64,000 bases of DNA. Source: the human T2T-CHM13v2.0 reference genome, Homo sapiens. The stretch lies in the NCBI RefSeq assembly GCF_009914755.1, contig NC_060927.1; one strand, written 5' to 3'. Positions 1-15,945 of this stretch are shown here, one piece after another (position 1 is the stretch's first letter; each line of letters opens with the position of its first letter). The notes under the pieces were generated by a model that saw only the letters and a list, made by a program, of their open reading frames with translations, searched no databases and was not told the origin of the DNA. Made by a program: the position numbers and the translations under genes.

Positions 1-325
<325 letters not shown>

Positions 326-2246
326 GGAAATTCTTACAATCGTTAATCCTTTATATGCAGAAGTGGAAGGTCTCCCCTTAGTGTTTCTGGGCTCACTTGT
401 AAATGGAAGCCTGTGAATCTTCTAGTTTTGGGAGTTGTTTTCACAGTGGCTTGCTGAGTTTTGCACTCAGAATGGATGAGTATTTGATGGCAATTTTTGG
501 GGTCTCTGGCTTATAGCACCATAAAAACTCCCTTTTCTTCACCCTGCTGATCTCTCAGAGGTATTGTGTCTATGAAGGCTTTGGCCTGCTCCATGTTCTA
601 GGGTCTGTGGGTTTCTTTTGCTGTCCCAGTTGCTTTGTTTTTGCAAAAGGATTAAAAACATATGGCTGCTAGCGCCATCTGGCCCTAACCAGAGCTCTAT
701 GCCTTTTAAATTTCCCTTACTTTTATCTCATTTGGGCTTGACAACTGCCCGGCAAGTTTTACAGATAGTATTTCTATTTGACTAGGCTATTTTGTGGTAA
801 TAAATTTTGGGGTCTCCTCTTACCCAGGAATGGTTAATGTGTTGCCACTCTAAGTATAAACAACTATTATGGTGCCAACTTCATAATTATCTTAACCAAT
901 CCTTGGTGGTGGGAGTTAAAATAGAGCACACAGTCAGGGACCCATTAACCTACCACCAACCCAGAGTGACACGGGACTAGTTCCTTCTCGGTATTTTCTT
1001 GGCGACAGCAGCTGGCACCATAGGAAGCCCAGGCCCAGGCTTGAGGAGCACAGAGCGTATCAGGGAGGCAGACGTGGATATGGTTCAAGGATTCACTGTA
1101 GAACTCGACACTCAGTAGTGCACGTGAAGGTGCCTTCCTGGGCTTTGCTTTTCTGAGTAAGGGAAGGAAGGAAGCAGCTGTTTTCATGTTGGTCTCAGAA
1201 GGCTTGGGCTTTGTGGACTGACTGGAGGCTGACTGGGCCAGGCCATGGCCTCTCTGTCCTCACCTTTAACCAAAGCAGTTTCACTTTCTTCTATGTTACA
1301 TAGTATGATCAAAGATTTTTTTTTTTTTTAAAGGGGATTTTGCTGCTGAAAAAGGAGGGAAGGACAAGAAGTAGGCAGACTAGGGGGCCTGAGGCAAGTG
1401 GGCTGACCTTTTATCTGAATCTATTCATACAAAGGTTTGGTGTGAGAAACATCCTTGTATTACAGCTGAGGAGAGCCCCCCAGCTCCCACCCTGATTCTA
1501 CAGTGGGGAGTAACTGTTGAGATGGGCCAGGCCCTGACGCTGGCTTTACGTTTGCACAGTCCTGGGCAGGGCTTCTACCTTCTGAGCGCTTCCTCATCAG
1601 TGAACTGGGTACACCCACACGGGGTTCTCGTGTTGCTTAAATTAGCGAATGTGTGAAAGATCCAGTGTAGGGTCTGGCTCACCGCAGGCTCACTGATGGC
1701 TATGGCGATTGTCAGGGTCACAGGGCCTCCGCTGAAAGGTGATACCTGGTTCAGGGTCAGTTAGGTCTCCCATCATGGGGCCCTCCTTTTCCTGACAGGG
1801 TCAATAAACTAAATGAATCGTGCCCACTTTCTGGGCCAGCATCTTAACTATTGGTGTTTGGTTAATACCACGTTGCATCTGCGTGGCATTTTGTAGGTCA
1901 CCAGATGCACTAGCGTGTTTGAATCTTGCAGCCATCCTGTAGGGCAGACTGTATTAGTCCCATTCTGCAGAACAGGATGTGTACCGAGAGGGTAAGTAGC
2001 AGACCCAGGGCTACAGTCCTTGTCACCAAAGGCTGAGTCCAGTGCTCTGTATGGTGCTTTCAGTATAAACTGAATCAGAGATGCTCATGCAGTGACAAGC
2101 CACCTTTGTGCGTGGGGTTAAGCCAGGCCATCACAGCCGTGGCCTTTGTGAATAGTTTGTTCTAGTGCGTGGACCGACAAGAGTCAAACTGAGCTGGTGG
2201 GGTGGGGTGGTTAGGATAACGCAGCAGGAATTATAAGCAATATGAC

Positions 2247-2252
2247 TTTATT
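2247..2252 (-). terminator. SEC13: SEC13 poly(A) signal AATAAA
   Basis: tttatt on + strand ~310 nt past the stop codon. Confidence 0.85.
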
Positions 2253-2560
2253 TAGTTCCTTTGGAAACAAAACCCCCCAAATAATGCCTGAACCCAAAGG
2301 TACATAAAAATGACCCAAAATAGATTTGAACATCACTTGTAGTTTCTTCCTCGTAACATGAGTGCTTTCAGCTGGACAGTAGATTACAAAGCATCTCCGA
2401 TCACGTTAAGGCAGATGATCAATCTGTGGCTGCATCTGTAACTCCTCCTGGGAAAATAATCCTGTTGGAGTTGGGGGCTCTTCCCAGTTGTTTGGTTAGT
2501 TGGCCCAGGAAGGGGCAGTCCTGGAGCTGGCGGGTGGGGAGCCAGGCCCCACCTGTCTTG

Positions 2561-2674
2561 TCACTGCTCGTTCTGCTGGCCCTCTGTCACTGATGCTGAT
2601 ACGGAGCCCTGGCCCTTGTTGACATCACTGATGCACACCCACTGCCCATCAACTGACTCCTTCCACAGGGTCAC
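2561..2674 (-). CDS. SEC13: SEC13 exon 9 coding part (VTLWKES...QQNEQ*)
   Basis: CAG acceptor, TGA at 2563-2561; all exons sum to 322 aa. Confidence 0.97.
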   Translation of the reverse strand: MTLWKESVDGQWVCISDVNKGQGSVSASVTEGQQNEQ

Positions 2675-2957
2675 CTGCGAGTCAGTGCACAAGCAGATTA
2701 TCACGGGTCTGTGCCCTTCCCTCTGCTGTCCCCTAAATATGAGCCTCATCCTCATCAAGAACCACTGCCCAGAGGCTTGTGGGTGAACAGAGCATGTCCC
2801 TCCTCCACTGAAATCTCACCAAAATGAGAGTCCAGGAATAAAAACTCACAGAAAAAAAGGAGTAACAATAACAGCAGCTGTGGATGATGATGTCAACACA
2901 GGATACTGTTTTCAGCAAACTGTGACAGAGCTACAGCGAGAGGATATGGGGTGGCGG

Positions 2958-3130
2958 GGAGCAGGGTTCGCAAAGTGTGGTCCCCAGACCAGAGCAGAGC
3001 ATCGGTCACCTGGGAGCTTGCTACAACTGCAGATTCTTGGGGCCTGGAACAACTGATTAGGAAGCTCTGGGGGTGGGGCTGGCAATCTGTTTTAACAGGT
3101 TTAACAACACTGCAGTTTGAAAACTACTGT
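2958..3130. mobile_element. MER5-type hAT DNA transposon remnant
   Basis: caaagtgtggtcccc...gcatc..cacctgggagcttg...tttgaaaactactg pattern. Confidence 0.6.
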
Positions 3131-3263
3131 GGTAGAGGAAGGTAACAGTTCAATATGTTGTTTCTACACTGAAGTAAACTGTATAAGAAATAGCTAAGAG
3201 CTGAAAAGGTTTGCCCCTGGAGAGAAAATTAATTAGGAGGCTGCATTAAAAAAAATCAGTCTA

Positions 3264-3658
<395 letters not shown>

Positions 3659-4029
3659 TCAACACACTGCAGAATGCTCTGGGATTGAAAACATACTAAG
3701 TCCTTTAGGTAAGGGTGCTATGGAGACAGCAAAAGGAAACAGGCTTGTAAAGAAGAGCAAGAAGCCTAAATGCACAGTGACGGGCCCCACAACACTGCGT
3801 GCACAGCCAGGCACTTGCTTACAGCCTTGTAAAAAAGTCACTGGGGGCCTGCTTGAGGCAATCTGGGTCCCTTGGTCTGCCCTGAGTGCCATCAACCTGG
3901 GTTCTGGTCCTGACTCTGGCACTCACTAGAAATATGGCTTTGAGAGGGGGCCTGCTAGATCTTTCTGGGACCACTGTAGATGAAAGGGACCCTCGGCCAG
4001 AAAAGCCGCCTGCAGAGGCTCTCAAGATC

Positions 4030-4410
4030 TGCACACCCATGTTCACAGCCACACTATTCGCAATAGCTAAGAGGTGGCAGCAGCCCAGGTGCCCTTTGGT
4101 GGAGGAATAAGTGTAGAAACAGGGTGTGGGCTGTCTATACAATGCAACACTACTTAGCTTTACAAAGGAAGGAATTCTGACACATGCTACGTACAGCATG
4201 GAGGAACCTTAAGGGCATACTGCTAGTGACATAGTCGCAAAAGGACAAATACTGTATGATTCCACTTAGATAGGTCGCTAGAGCAGTCACATTCACATAG
4301 ACAGAAAGGAGAAGGGTGGCTGCCAGGGCTGGGGAGGGGCAATGGGGAAGGGAGTTATTTAATGGGTACAGAGTTTCAATTTTGCAGCTGAAAAGAGTTC
4401 TGGAGACCAG
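4030..4410 (+). mobile_element. L1M (L1MB/MC-like) 3' fragment
   Basis: cccatgttcacagc..ctattc.caatagc..aagaggtgg; gacaaatactgtatgattccactta. Confidence 0.8.
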
Positions 4411-5329
4411 CTGCTTCTCTGCCTTGCCTGTGTTGGTTGTGCCGTGAGCCACACAAATGAAAGGTAAGACATGGAGCCAAAGTGGCCACTGGGAAACAGT
4501 AAAAGACCAACATAGGCAAGGGAGAGAAGCAGCAAGGGCTGGCAGGATCCAGACCAACTCGCACTTCAGGCGCAGAGCAGATGTGCCTGAAAACGCAGCA
4601 CAGCCACTCCACGTGGAACTGACCCTGCGGCGTTAGAGATCCTCTGTCTTATAGGGGAATTCAGCTGGGCAGATGGCTATGGCTTGTTACTGCTTCCTTT
4701 CTGCGGGTAGCTTTTTTCCTTCTAATTGTAAAATACACGTCACATAAAATGACCTTGGCCACTTTTAACTGCACAGTCCAGTTGTGTGAAGTACATTTGT
4801 GTCCCTGAGCAGCTGGTCTCCAGAACTCTTTCAGCTGCAAAATGCAAACTCTTCCAGTGCACCCACTGTGTACCTGCCTCTTACCAGCATAACAAGTATT
4901 CATAAACTCTAAAGGTTTTTAAAAAGCCTTTTCAGTGTTATGGACAAAAAATATCCCCAATCTTCTTCTGTTTATGGGTTCTTATACACTTGCCTTTTTG
5001 GCACAGCTAACTGAACATCACCATGAGGTGACCAAATGCTTAGTAGGGTGATGGGCCTGACTGGCTCTGCCACCTCATAGTTTTGGGACCCCCATGCAAG
5101 TCAAATCGCCTCTGTCAGCTTCTTTCCTCATCTGTGAAAGGGGGACGTGTTAATACTACCTCAGGGGCTGTGACATTAATGATGTAACTAAGAGGCACAC
5201 TCAAAACGCAGTCCTGGCTAAGGCTCCTGCCCAGCCTGCAGTCAGATGGGAATGTCAAGTGCCCTCTCTAGTGGGCGGGGTGAAGACCAACAGGCTGTGT
5301 CCACCATGCCACGGGGAATGGGTATGTAC

Positions 5330-5476
5330 CTTATTGTCTCCACCAGAGACAGCCAGGATGTTGGCTGTGATGGACCAGCTCACATGCCACACCACATCGT
5401 TGAACTTGTGCAACAATTTAGGGGACCACGTATTGCTTGAGGCATCATCACAGGTCCAAATGAACACACGACCATC
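5330..5476 (-). CDS. SEC13: SEC13 exon 8 (DGRVFIW...GGDNK)
   Basis: TAG/GTACAT boundaries, 147 nt. Confidence 0.97.
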
Positions 5477-6336
5477 CTAGGAAGAAACAGGATAGAGTCA
5501 GGAGGTGGAGTCAAGACTCCTGCGTTTGTGATGTGATGTCCTCCCAGTCTAGAGCCACCCGGCACCTCTCTGCAGGAACAGGGTGGGGGATTCAAAGGGG
5601 AGCCGAGGACCTCTGGGGCGTCCACAGCTTTGTTTCTGTCTCTTCACACTGGTTAAGAGTCTCCCGGATTCCTTTTCTCATCCGGGTTTCGGAGGTGGAC
5701 TCTGTCTGCATTGCTAACTCAGATTTTCTCTGGGGTTTTCCTCATGCCTGCCAAGTCACTTCCACTGGCCGTCTATACCTTCTCAACTGAATGGGCAGAG
5801 CTCTCCAAAAACCAAGCTCCAAGAATGAGAAGGCACAAGTAAAAAAGCACAAAAATCCCAAGTTTAGAACCAAACCAAACAGGTTCCCATGATGTGAAAG
5901 GCCTAGCTGGCTCCCTCTAGGGTGGTGGTGTATAACTGAAGGCTCACCCTTGGCCGTCCTTGCTGTCTGGGAAGGGTGGCTTGGTAGCTAAGCGTATAAT
6001 TCCCATCCAACCCCATCGTTGCTTGGGAACACTTGGAACTGCACCTGGGCACCTCGGCGCCCTAGTCTCACATGGGTCAGAAGGGAAAATTCATCCCGAA
6101 TCCGCCTCCTTCTTGGTGCCGGTTCTGTTGTAGCTGTCTCATCTCAGTGGAGGCAGGCCACTTGTGGCTTCTGACCAAGACTTCCCCACACAATGACCTG
6201 ACTCCCTGTGCTCTGGGCCAAAGGTGCCTGTTGCTCTCCCTTTACCTTCCCAGAGGACTTTCTGCTAAGGAGACTAAGAGCTGATGGGCCTGACTCGAGA
6301 CTAAATGACAAGGGATACTCATGGCCCTGGGCTGAC

Positions 6337-6460
6337 CTGGGAGCAGCTGGCGATGGTGCTGGTGGGCAGGCCGATGGAGGGGGCCCAGGCCACATCTCGA
6401 ACCCAGTCACTGTGCGCTTCTAGCTTCTGCTCCTCCTTCCACTGGCCGTCCTCCTCCTCC
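6337..6460 (-). CDS. SEC13: SEC13 exon 7 (EEEDGQWKEEQKLEAHSDWVRDVAW...SCSQ)
   Basis: TAG/GTCAGC boundaries, 124 nt, HSDWVRDVAW hallmark. Confidence 0.97.
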
Positions 6461-6863
6461 CTAACAGTGGGGACAGAAAGAGAATCAGCAGGGGGCCGTT
6501 CCCACACCTCAACTCCTCCCCAACCCAACAGGCTCTGCCTGGGGTGGAGAAGCGATTCCATCTTTCTTCTTTCATTCATGGAGTTTGTGGCATTTTATTC
6601 CCTTCACCCCAGCTGTTAAAAAAAACCCTCCAGAAAATGCTCTGCTTCCACAGCCAAAGAGTCAGCTCCAACAGTTGGGAATTAGGTGAACAGGTGTTGT
6701 GTTGTTTTTCAAGGATGTCCTCCAACAGATTGAAAACAGTATTTTACTGGCAGGAGGGAGAAAGAAAGGTGACCTTGTTTCTTGTGAGTGTGGCTGAGTC
6801 ATGGTGAGTAGGGTAAAGGGTAGAAGTGTCCCCTCAAAGAGAAGGCCACACATCCCTACTTAC

Positions 6864-6997
6864 TTCCACAGCTTGATGAGGTTGTCACAGCCACCTGATG
6901 CAAACCTCTTGATGTAATTGGGTTTCTGCCCCGATGGGTGGTCTATGAGGCTTCCAGGTACAACAGCAGGGGCCCAGCTGACGGCATTGCAGCCAAT
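6864..6997 (-). CDS. SEC13: SEC13 exon 6 (IGCNAVSWAP...LIKLWK)
   Basis: CAG/GTAAGT boundaries, 134 nt. Confidence 0.97.
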
Positions 6998-7904
6998 CTG
7001 TAAAGATGGGACACATGGTGACTCTGCCTTGCAAGAGAACACTGCTTCTGCAGACCCAAGCCTGCTGTCCCTCTCCCCTCCGCTTCTCAGGACTGGAGTG
7101 TGTGTGAAGGCTGACATGAAGCACTCATCATGGGGTCCACTGCTCAGAATTCTCCCTCAAGGATCCCAACAGTGTGTGCATTTTTCTGCAGTGTGCGCTA
7201 AAAGTAGAAATTAAGAACTCCCACAAGTTTAAGAAACAGGACATTTTCTAAACACATGAAAGAATGGTACATTGGAGCTTTTTTTTAAGAAAAATCTTTT
7301 ATTATAAAGTAATAGATCAAGAAACAAAAATTCTGCCACCTGCCTGAAAAGCCCTGTCATTATGCCCTTCCTAATCACAGCTCCCTCTTCCACTATAAGT
7401 AACCACTGCCCTAACTTCTAACCCATTTTCCCCCCATTTTATCACCCAAATGTGCACCCCTAGATACTATAGTTTAGTCTTGTCCATTAAACATTTTTTT
7501 GGATGTTTTTTACATCTCCTACTTTGCAGATTCCTCCTCTGATTTTTTTCCTTACAATTTTTCTGCTGAAGAGAGCCTAGTCTCTCGGTCTGGGTTTTGC
7601 TGCTTCATATGCAGTTCAATATGTTCCTCTGAATTCCTGAAAACTGTCAGCTGGAGCCAAGACTGGACAGACTCAGGTGTGATCCCTTTGGCAAGACTAG
7701 AGCTGGTGCGTTCTCTCATCAGGAGGCACGTTAGATGGTCTCTTATATTAACAGCTGTCAATAACTCAGGCCTCTCTTAATTCACTGGGGCTTGTAAAAT
7801 GGTGATACTCTAATTCCATCCTTTCTTTGTCATTTATTCTATGGAATGCTCCAGATAGGGACACTTCTTCTCATTAACTATTCAGTTACCCAGGGATAGA
7901 GGTC

Positions 7905-8258
7905 TGATATGGTTTGGCTGTGTCCCTACTCAAATCTCATCTTGAATTCCCACGTGTTGTGGGAGGGACCTGGTAGGAGGTAATTGTATCACAGGGGCAA
8001 GTCTTTCCCATGCTGTTCTCATGATAGTGAATAAGTCTCGCTAGATCTGACGATTTTAAAAATGGGAGTTTTTCTGCACAAGCTCTCTCTTTTGCCTGCT
8101 GCCATCCACGTAAGCTGTGACTTGTTCCTCCTTGCCTTCTGCCATGACTGTGAAGTTTCCCCAGCTACGTGGAACTGTGAGTTCTCCATCCTCTTTCCTT
8201 TGTAAATTGCTCAGTCTTGGGTATGTCTTTGCCAGCAGCGAGAAAACAGACTAATACA
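7905..8258 (+). mobile_element. THE1 (MaLR) solo LTR
   Basis: TGATATGGTTTGGCTG...ACTAATACA termini; 5-bp TSD AGGTC on both sides. Confidence 0.93.
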
Positions 8259-8358
8259 AGGTCAAAAAGGAAAGGCTGGATAAACGCTTGATTCTTTCTG
8301 AACTGGTTCTATCACTTTCCAAAGATGACTGATTCTCCTCTTTATTTATTATTAACAA

Positions 8359-9172
<814 letters not shown>

Positions 9173-10094
9173 TGGGCCCAGCCTTTTAACCCTCATTTCG
9201 TCTTAGTTCTCTACAAGTAACTATATATTTATGCTGAAGTCTTTGTAGTCATTTTAGTTGTGTGACTTGTATCCTCTAGTAGATTTCTCAGGAAGGGCTC
9301 CTAGAAACAATAGTCCCTGAATTCTTGCATATTGATAATAGTTCATATCCTTTACACTCAAAAGCTAATTTTAAAAACAGCTTTGATATAGTATAATTGA
9401 CATAAACTGCATATCAAGTGCATGATTTGGTGAATTTTGACAAAAATATATCCTGTAGGATCATCACATCACCTCAATCAAGATAAGGAACATGCCCATC
9501 ATTCCCAAAAGTTTCCTCGGATCCCCTGGTAATCCATCTCCCCATCCTGCAGCCCCCAATCGTGGTGACCATGGGCCTGCTCAGCTGCATTTCCTAGATA
9601 TTACAGCAGTGGAATCACAGTGTGTCCTTTTTCTTCTTTTTTTCACTCAGCATAATTATTTTGAAATTTATTCTTCATCTTATTTTGTTAAGTCATTTCT
9701 TTTTATTGCAGTCATTTCTTTTTATTGCTCGCAGTATTTCCAAAGTATGGATATATCACAACTTATCATTTACCTGTTGATGGACATGTGGACTATTTCC
9801 AGTTTTTGGCTATTAAAGCTGCTATAACCTTTTGTGTATAAGTCTTTGTGTGAACTTCAAAGTCAATTTTCCTGGTTATAAATCCTTGGCTCACACTTTC
9901 TTTCCTGGAGTATTTTAAACATGTTATTCTTTTTTCTTCTGCACCAATCCTTACTATTGAAGAGTCTGACAATAATCTAATTGTCTTTCCCCTTTAAGTC
10001 ACAAGGTTCCTTTTCTCTAGAACCCCCCAAAATTTTCTTTAAAGTCTAATAATTTTACTAGAATTATATCTTTTTGTTGGTGATGCTGAGTTGA

Positions 10095-10539
10095 ATTTTT
10101 TTTTTTTTTTTTTCTTAGAGACGGGGTCTCACTATGTTGGCCAGGTTGGTCTTGAACTCCTGGCCTCAAACAGGAGTTCACCTCGATCTCCCAAAGTGCT
10201 AGGATTACAGGCTGAGCCATCACGCCTGGCCTTGATTTTTTTTTTTTTTTTTTTTTTTTTGAGACAAGTCTTGCTTTGTCGCCCAGGCTGGATTATAATG
10301 GCGTGATCTTGGCTCTCTGCAACCTCTGACTCCCGGGTTCAAGCAATTCTCTTGCCTCAGCCTTCCGAGTAGCTGAGATTACAGGTGTGCGCCACCACGT
10401 CTGGCTAATTTTTGTATTTTTAGTAGAGACGGGGTTTCGCCATGTTGGTCAGGCTGGTCTTAAACTCCTGACTTCAGGTGATCCGCCCACCTCAGCATCC
10501 CAAAGTGCTGGGATTACAGGCTGAGCCACTGCGCCCGGC
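10095..10539 (-). mobile_element. Alu monomer (10095-10231) plus full AluS (10236-10539)
   Basis: Reverse Alu consensus with poly-T heads. Confidence 0.9.
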
Positions 10540-11449
10540 TGATATTGTTAAGTGTGGGGTATGATCTCTCAATCTCAAGTTTCAAATCTTTGTTTTTTAA
10601 TTTTAAGAAAGTTTTCTGGATTACTTTTTGGTATTCTGTTTTCCTTTCCAGGGACTCCTGGTATTCGTATGTCTGACCTTTCTGCCTGTCTTTACTTTTG
10701 GTCAAAACCTTTTTACCTCTTCATTTTTTTGCTCTTGAAATGTTTCCTTTTTCACACTGTTTATCCTTTTCAGGCAGGATCTGCTGTGTTCATCGACACT
10801 TGCATTTCGTCTTAGTCTTTCTTTACTTCTGAAATGATTTTTAATTCTAATTCTTTCCTGAGTTCTGTCACCTTATTTCTGATTTTTAAAAAGTTGATTT
10901 ACACTATTCTCTCTTGTTTTGTATTGTTAGAATGTCACCTGGCTTGATTTGAAATAGCAGGTTACAGCTTGGCTCGGTTATGTGGGCATGTCTTTCTAAT
11001 GTGCTCTCATTGTCCGCAGGGAGGTTATTTTGCATATTCTTGTTTCTTATATAACAACTGTATGCAATTTCACTTCAAATACTTTTCTGTTATTTTTAGG
11101 TGGGATGAGTTTTCCTGATAAGAAAGGCTCAGGAAAGTCTAAGCTCAGAACTCTCCCTTGTTTCTGTGTGGTGTTAAAAAACGTGGGAGATGGCTTTCAG
11201 GAGTTCCTGTCTTTGTTCCTCTTCCCCACATTGGTCTACATCTCATCCTTCCTTTCCTGTGTCCCTATCCAGCTCAACTGTGATTTCATTTCCTGCAGTT
11301 CTTCCTCCTGAGGGGCCCTGTCCCAGAGGCTTGCTCTGGAGGATCAGATTTCTTCCCGCCCCTTCAGCCTTTCTTATTGTGGGCCGCTTCCACTCACTCG
11401 GTGTTACAGAGTGCAAACCCCTCCTGGTCATTTCTCCAAAAGCCCCCAG

Positions 11450-12278
<829 letters not shown>

Positions 12279-12281
12279 GTA

Positions 12282-12930
12282 CAACTGATCCTCAATTTCA
12301 TTTCATTATAATGCTGACAAGATTAAAAAAAAAAAAACAACTCCCAGCGGGGGCCCCTGCCTGTGTGGAGTCTGTGTGTTCTCCCTGTGTCTGCGTGGGC
12401 TCTCTCCTGGTACTCTGGTTTCCTTTCACACAATAAAGATGTGCATGTTCACTTCAATGGTACGTCTGCATTGTCCCAGTGTGAGTGTGGGGGTGTGTGT
12501 GAGTGCTCCTCTGGTGGAATGGTATCCTGTCCAGGGCTGGCTTCTGCCTCATGCCCTAAGCTGCCAGGACAGGCTCCAACCACCTGTGACCCTGAACTGG
12601 AATGAGTAGATTAGAAAAAGAATAGATACAAATTATTGTAGAATTAAACTCATAAAATATCCAATAATCATACAGATGCATGACAGCAAACGATGTGGCA
12701 TTAGTCATATGAGCCCCCCACATTGGTTATTGTTGGTTTTTGAACTGTGTGGTGGTAGGAGGTAGGACATTGATGTTCGCTTTGCAAACATTTATTCCTT
12801 GATTGAACCACCAACATCACGACCACTGTCACTCGCTGATTCACCAAAAGTTGGGTAAAGAATGACCTTGTTTATATTAATCTTTCTTTAATGTATGCAT
12901 AGCTCACATACTTTTTAAAAGTTTTAATAA
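12282..12930 (+). mobile_element. MER6 (TcMar-Tigger family) carrying a V-SINE-like domain
   Basis: gtgtggagtctg.gtgttctccctgtgtctgcgtggg...ggtactctggtttcct...cctgtccaggg...aggctcca..cacc.gtgaccctgaa, recalled as the MER6/V-domain sequence. Confidence 0.75.
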
Positions 12931-13259
12931 CACCACTCCATTCTACAGGGTCCCAATGACTACTGCAGGGCATGTCACCTGGAGGCAACCATAGCTAAGG
13001 TGGCAGTGAGCAGGCTGCTGCTGCACCAGCCCTCCCCTGCTTGGGAGCACACAACAAGGAAGCAGTGCCAAGCCCTGCCTGGTCTGGCTTCAGGGCAGAG
13101 AGGCTCAAAGCTGCTCTAGAGCAATCATGTCTGGTCAGCTGACCACTCCCCGGCCCACTGTCCAGCGGGGACCCTCCCGTGCCACCCTCTAGGGAGGCTG
13201 CAGCAGACACGGGGCAAGGCAGGCGCTCTCACTGCACGAAAGGCAGGGGATGGACTCAC

Positions 13260-13393
13260 GGTGTGAGCGTTGTTGATCTTCTTTACTTCCCATTGGCCTT
13301 CCCCGGTGTAAGTCAGCAGGGAGATGGCCCCATCCGAGCTCCCACAGGCCAGGATCAGGCCGTAGTCATGGGGGGCCCAGCACACCGAGTTCA
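13260..13393 (-). CDS. SEC13: SEC13 exon 5 (VNSVCWAPHDYG...NNAHT)
   Basis: CAG/GTGAGT boundaries, 134 nt. Confidence 0.97.
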
Positions 13394-13873
13394 CTGCGGG
13401 AAGAGGGAGAGTGCAGTGAGCAAAGCAGGGAGACCGCGGCCCCAGGTCCCGCCTTCCACAGATTTACTGTTTTACTAAATGTCTACAACAAACAACTGTA
13501 GGAGTCACCGGGGGAAGCTGTAACTTGGTCAACTGAGGACACAAAAAAACCCCATCACCTACTAATACCACGATTTCATAACCTACAGTCTATCTAACAA
13601 AAAAGTGGGTAGGAAAACAATCTGAGAATGAAGGGTAGTCCTTGCAATGAATAATCCTGAAGAGAAACTCACCTGTCTTTTCTTATTTGCTTTGGACTGG
13701 CTTTAGGTCTTAGGGCCTTACTCAGCTGAGGACAGAGTAGCAGAAAAGCCAACCAAAGCTCAAGAGACAGACAAGAGGCACCACGAGGGGCAGGGAGCCA
13801 GGGCTCCAGCCGGGACAGAGTCCTTTTTTACCCAGTGGTCCCCTTGCCCGCTCTGCTGCCAAGCTCAGCATAC

Positions 13874-14025
13874 CTGAGGAGTCGTGTCCCGCATGCTCGT
13901 GGCTCTTCTCCCAGGTGCCGTTTTCCTCTCTCCAGATAATGACTTTCCGGTCATAGGAGCACGATGCCAGGATGTTGCCGTACATGGGGTGAGCCCAGGC
14001 CACTTGCCACACAGGACCCTCATGA
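13874..14025 (-). CDS. SEC13: SEC13 exon 4 ([10 protein letters not shown]...AGHDSS)
   Basis: WD40 repeat sequence; TAG/GTATGC boundaries, 152 nt. Confidence 0.97.
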
Positions 14026-15294
14026 CTACAAAGGGAGAGATAGGCCAGAGGAACCCACAGTGCCTCTGCAGGCACTACTTTGGACAGAACTAAATGGCTC
14101 CCTGAGACGATATATCAGGGCAGAATTGCTTAAGAACTTCAAAGGGAGAACTATACAATGCCATTGCAAAAGGGGTGCTCAGTGGACAGTGAGGAGCCTG
14201 AGGTCCTAAGAGGTTAAGCAACCTAAGGTCACAGAGCCTTTGAGAGAGAGTTGAGCCTCTGGGTCAGCCTTCCTGTCCTGGCCAGGCAGGAGCCTCACTT
14301 GCCCAGACTGCAGCCAGCACTGTCTGTATGTGCTGTCTACAGCATAGTCATTAATTGGTCCAAGGTTTCCAGCCAGAAGTGTTCAGGAAATATTTGTAGA
14401 CTGAATTGCTATTCATCCTTCCCGACGGTCAGCTTCCTGAGGAGGCATTATTGGTTTCATTTTGATGTTTTCCACTACTCTTTTAATTTGTTCGAAAGGC
14501 ATGTCTTTCCCTTCTCTTCTGATCTTTATCCATTCACCTGATAACAGGTGCTATCTGAGCACATGCTCTGTGCCAGGCTTTGTACGGTGACCATTTCTCT
14601 GGCCCAGGGAAGGTTTTGCACCTTAGCACTCAAGAGGTAGAGTAGCATGGTAGAGTTAGTGGTTAGGAGACCAGACCCATTCTCCCATTCACTAGCTCTT
14701 GACTTTAGGCAAGGATATCTTTGTCTCTTTACCTGAAAATGGAGACATCAATAAGAATTCTTTCATAAAGTTTGGAACAATGCTTGGTAGAAGGAAAGAA
14801 AAAAGCCACTCAATACCCATTAGCTATTAGTGCTGCTCCTGGTTTACTCCTTCACCGTGGGCTGCACACACTCAAGTCTCCTCCTCCCTCTGGCTGGGAC
14901 AACAGGACATTCCCAGTCCCTACAAAGCTGCTGCTAATGAAACTGAGTAGACTCAATCTTCCAACAACTAGCACAGTTTTTACTAAGGGGAAAAAAGAAT
15001 GGGGTGGGAATTTTTTTTATCCCTCCAATATTTCACATCCTTTGAATGTAAGAAAAACAGCAGAAAGGACAGAGTCACAGCAAACATAACTGCCTTGGCC
15101 AACACGCTGCACTGCAGCAGCTCTCTGCCTGCCTGGGGGGCTCCTGCATAGAGAAGCTTGATTTGGCTCCTCAGTCACTTGATCATTTGACACTCAGACA
15201 GAGGGGAGCTTCTAGGCCCATTTCCCCAAATGGACACTGACTTAGTTTATGCTTTTTAATTCAGTGAACAAACACATGCTGAGCACCCACCTGT

Positions 15295-15945
15295 CATGGC
15301 TCTTAATCTTTTCTGTGCATTCTGGGGAAGGTTATGGACCCTCATCAGACTAATGTACAAAACACACAGAACTAGGCTTATAAAGAAAATTCAATTATAA
15401 ATTATACAGTAATCAACTTTTTTTTTTTGAGAAGGGTTTCACCCTGTCATCCAGGCTGCAGTGCAGTGGCACCATCGTGGCTCACTGCAGCCTCAAACTC
15501 CTAGGCTCAGGCCATCCTCCCACCTCAGCCTCCCAAAGTGTTAAGGATTACAGGCGTGAGCCACCTTGCCCAGCCTGTTATCAAAATATTATAAAGCAAT
15601 TTATGAGATAGTGATGCATGTACTTCTTTGTTAACACTTCAAGCAACAAACCCTAGCGGCAGGTCTAATAACCACTGTAATTTCAAAGTTGTGATGAGCA
15701 TAAGTGGTATTTTGAGGTAGCTAAGTAACCGTGATGTGTGATGACAATATCTGTGACTTCTACTGGTGACAAAGTGACAGGCACTACAAATACTACTGAA
15801 GTTTCTGGCCTACATCCATAATTGAAGGAAATGCTAAATATCAGAGTCACTGAAAATGCATTTTTTTCCCCCTGTCCCAATTCATCAACCCCTGAACTCT
15901 ATTCACAGAACCCTTGGAGATCCATGGCACCCAGGCAAACCCACA
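15295..15945. mobile_element. MER119-like hAT-Charlie element with an inserted Alu monomer (15418-15575)
   Basis: ctagcggcaggtctaataac...ggtgacaaagt.acagg...ataattgaaggaaatgctaaat, recalled as MER119. Confidence 0.7.

Noticed and set aside
670-686. CTCF-like CCAGATGGCGCTA on minus
   Set aside because: 5' core CC positions mismatch; weak motif-only evidence
9692-9728. Small adjacent duplications (also ~24470, ~40960, ~54520)
   Set aside because: Ordinary slippage-type tandem duplications, not CRISPR-like arrays and not tied to any feature
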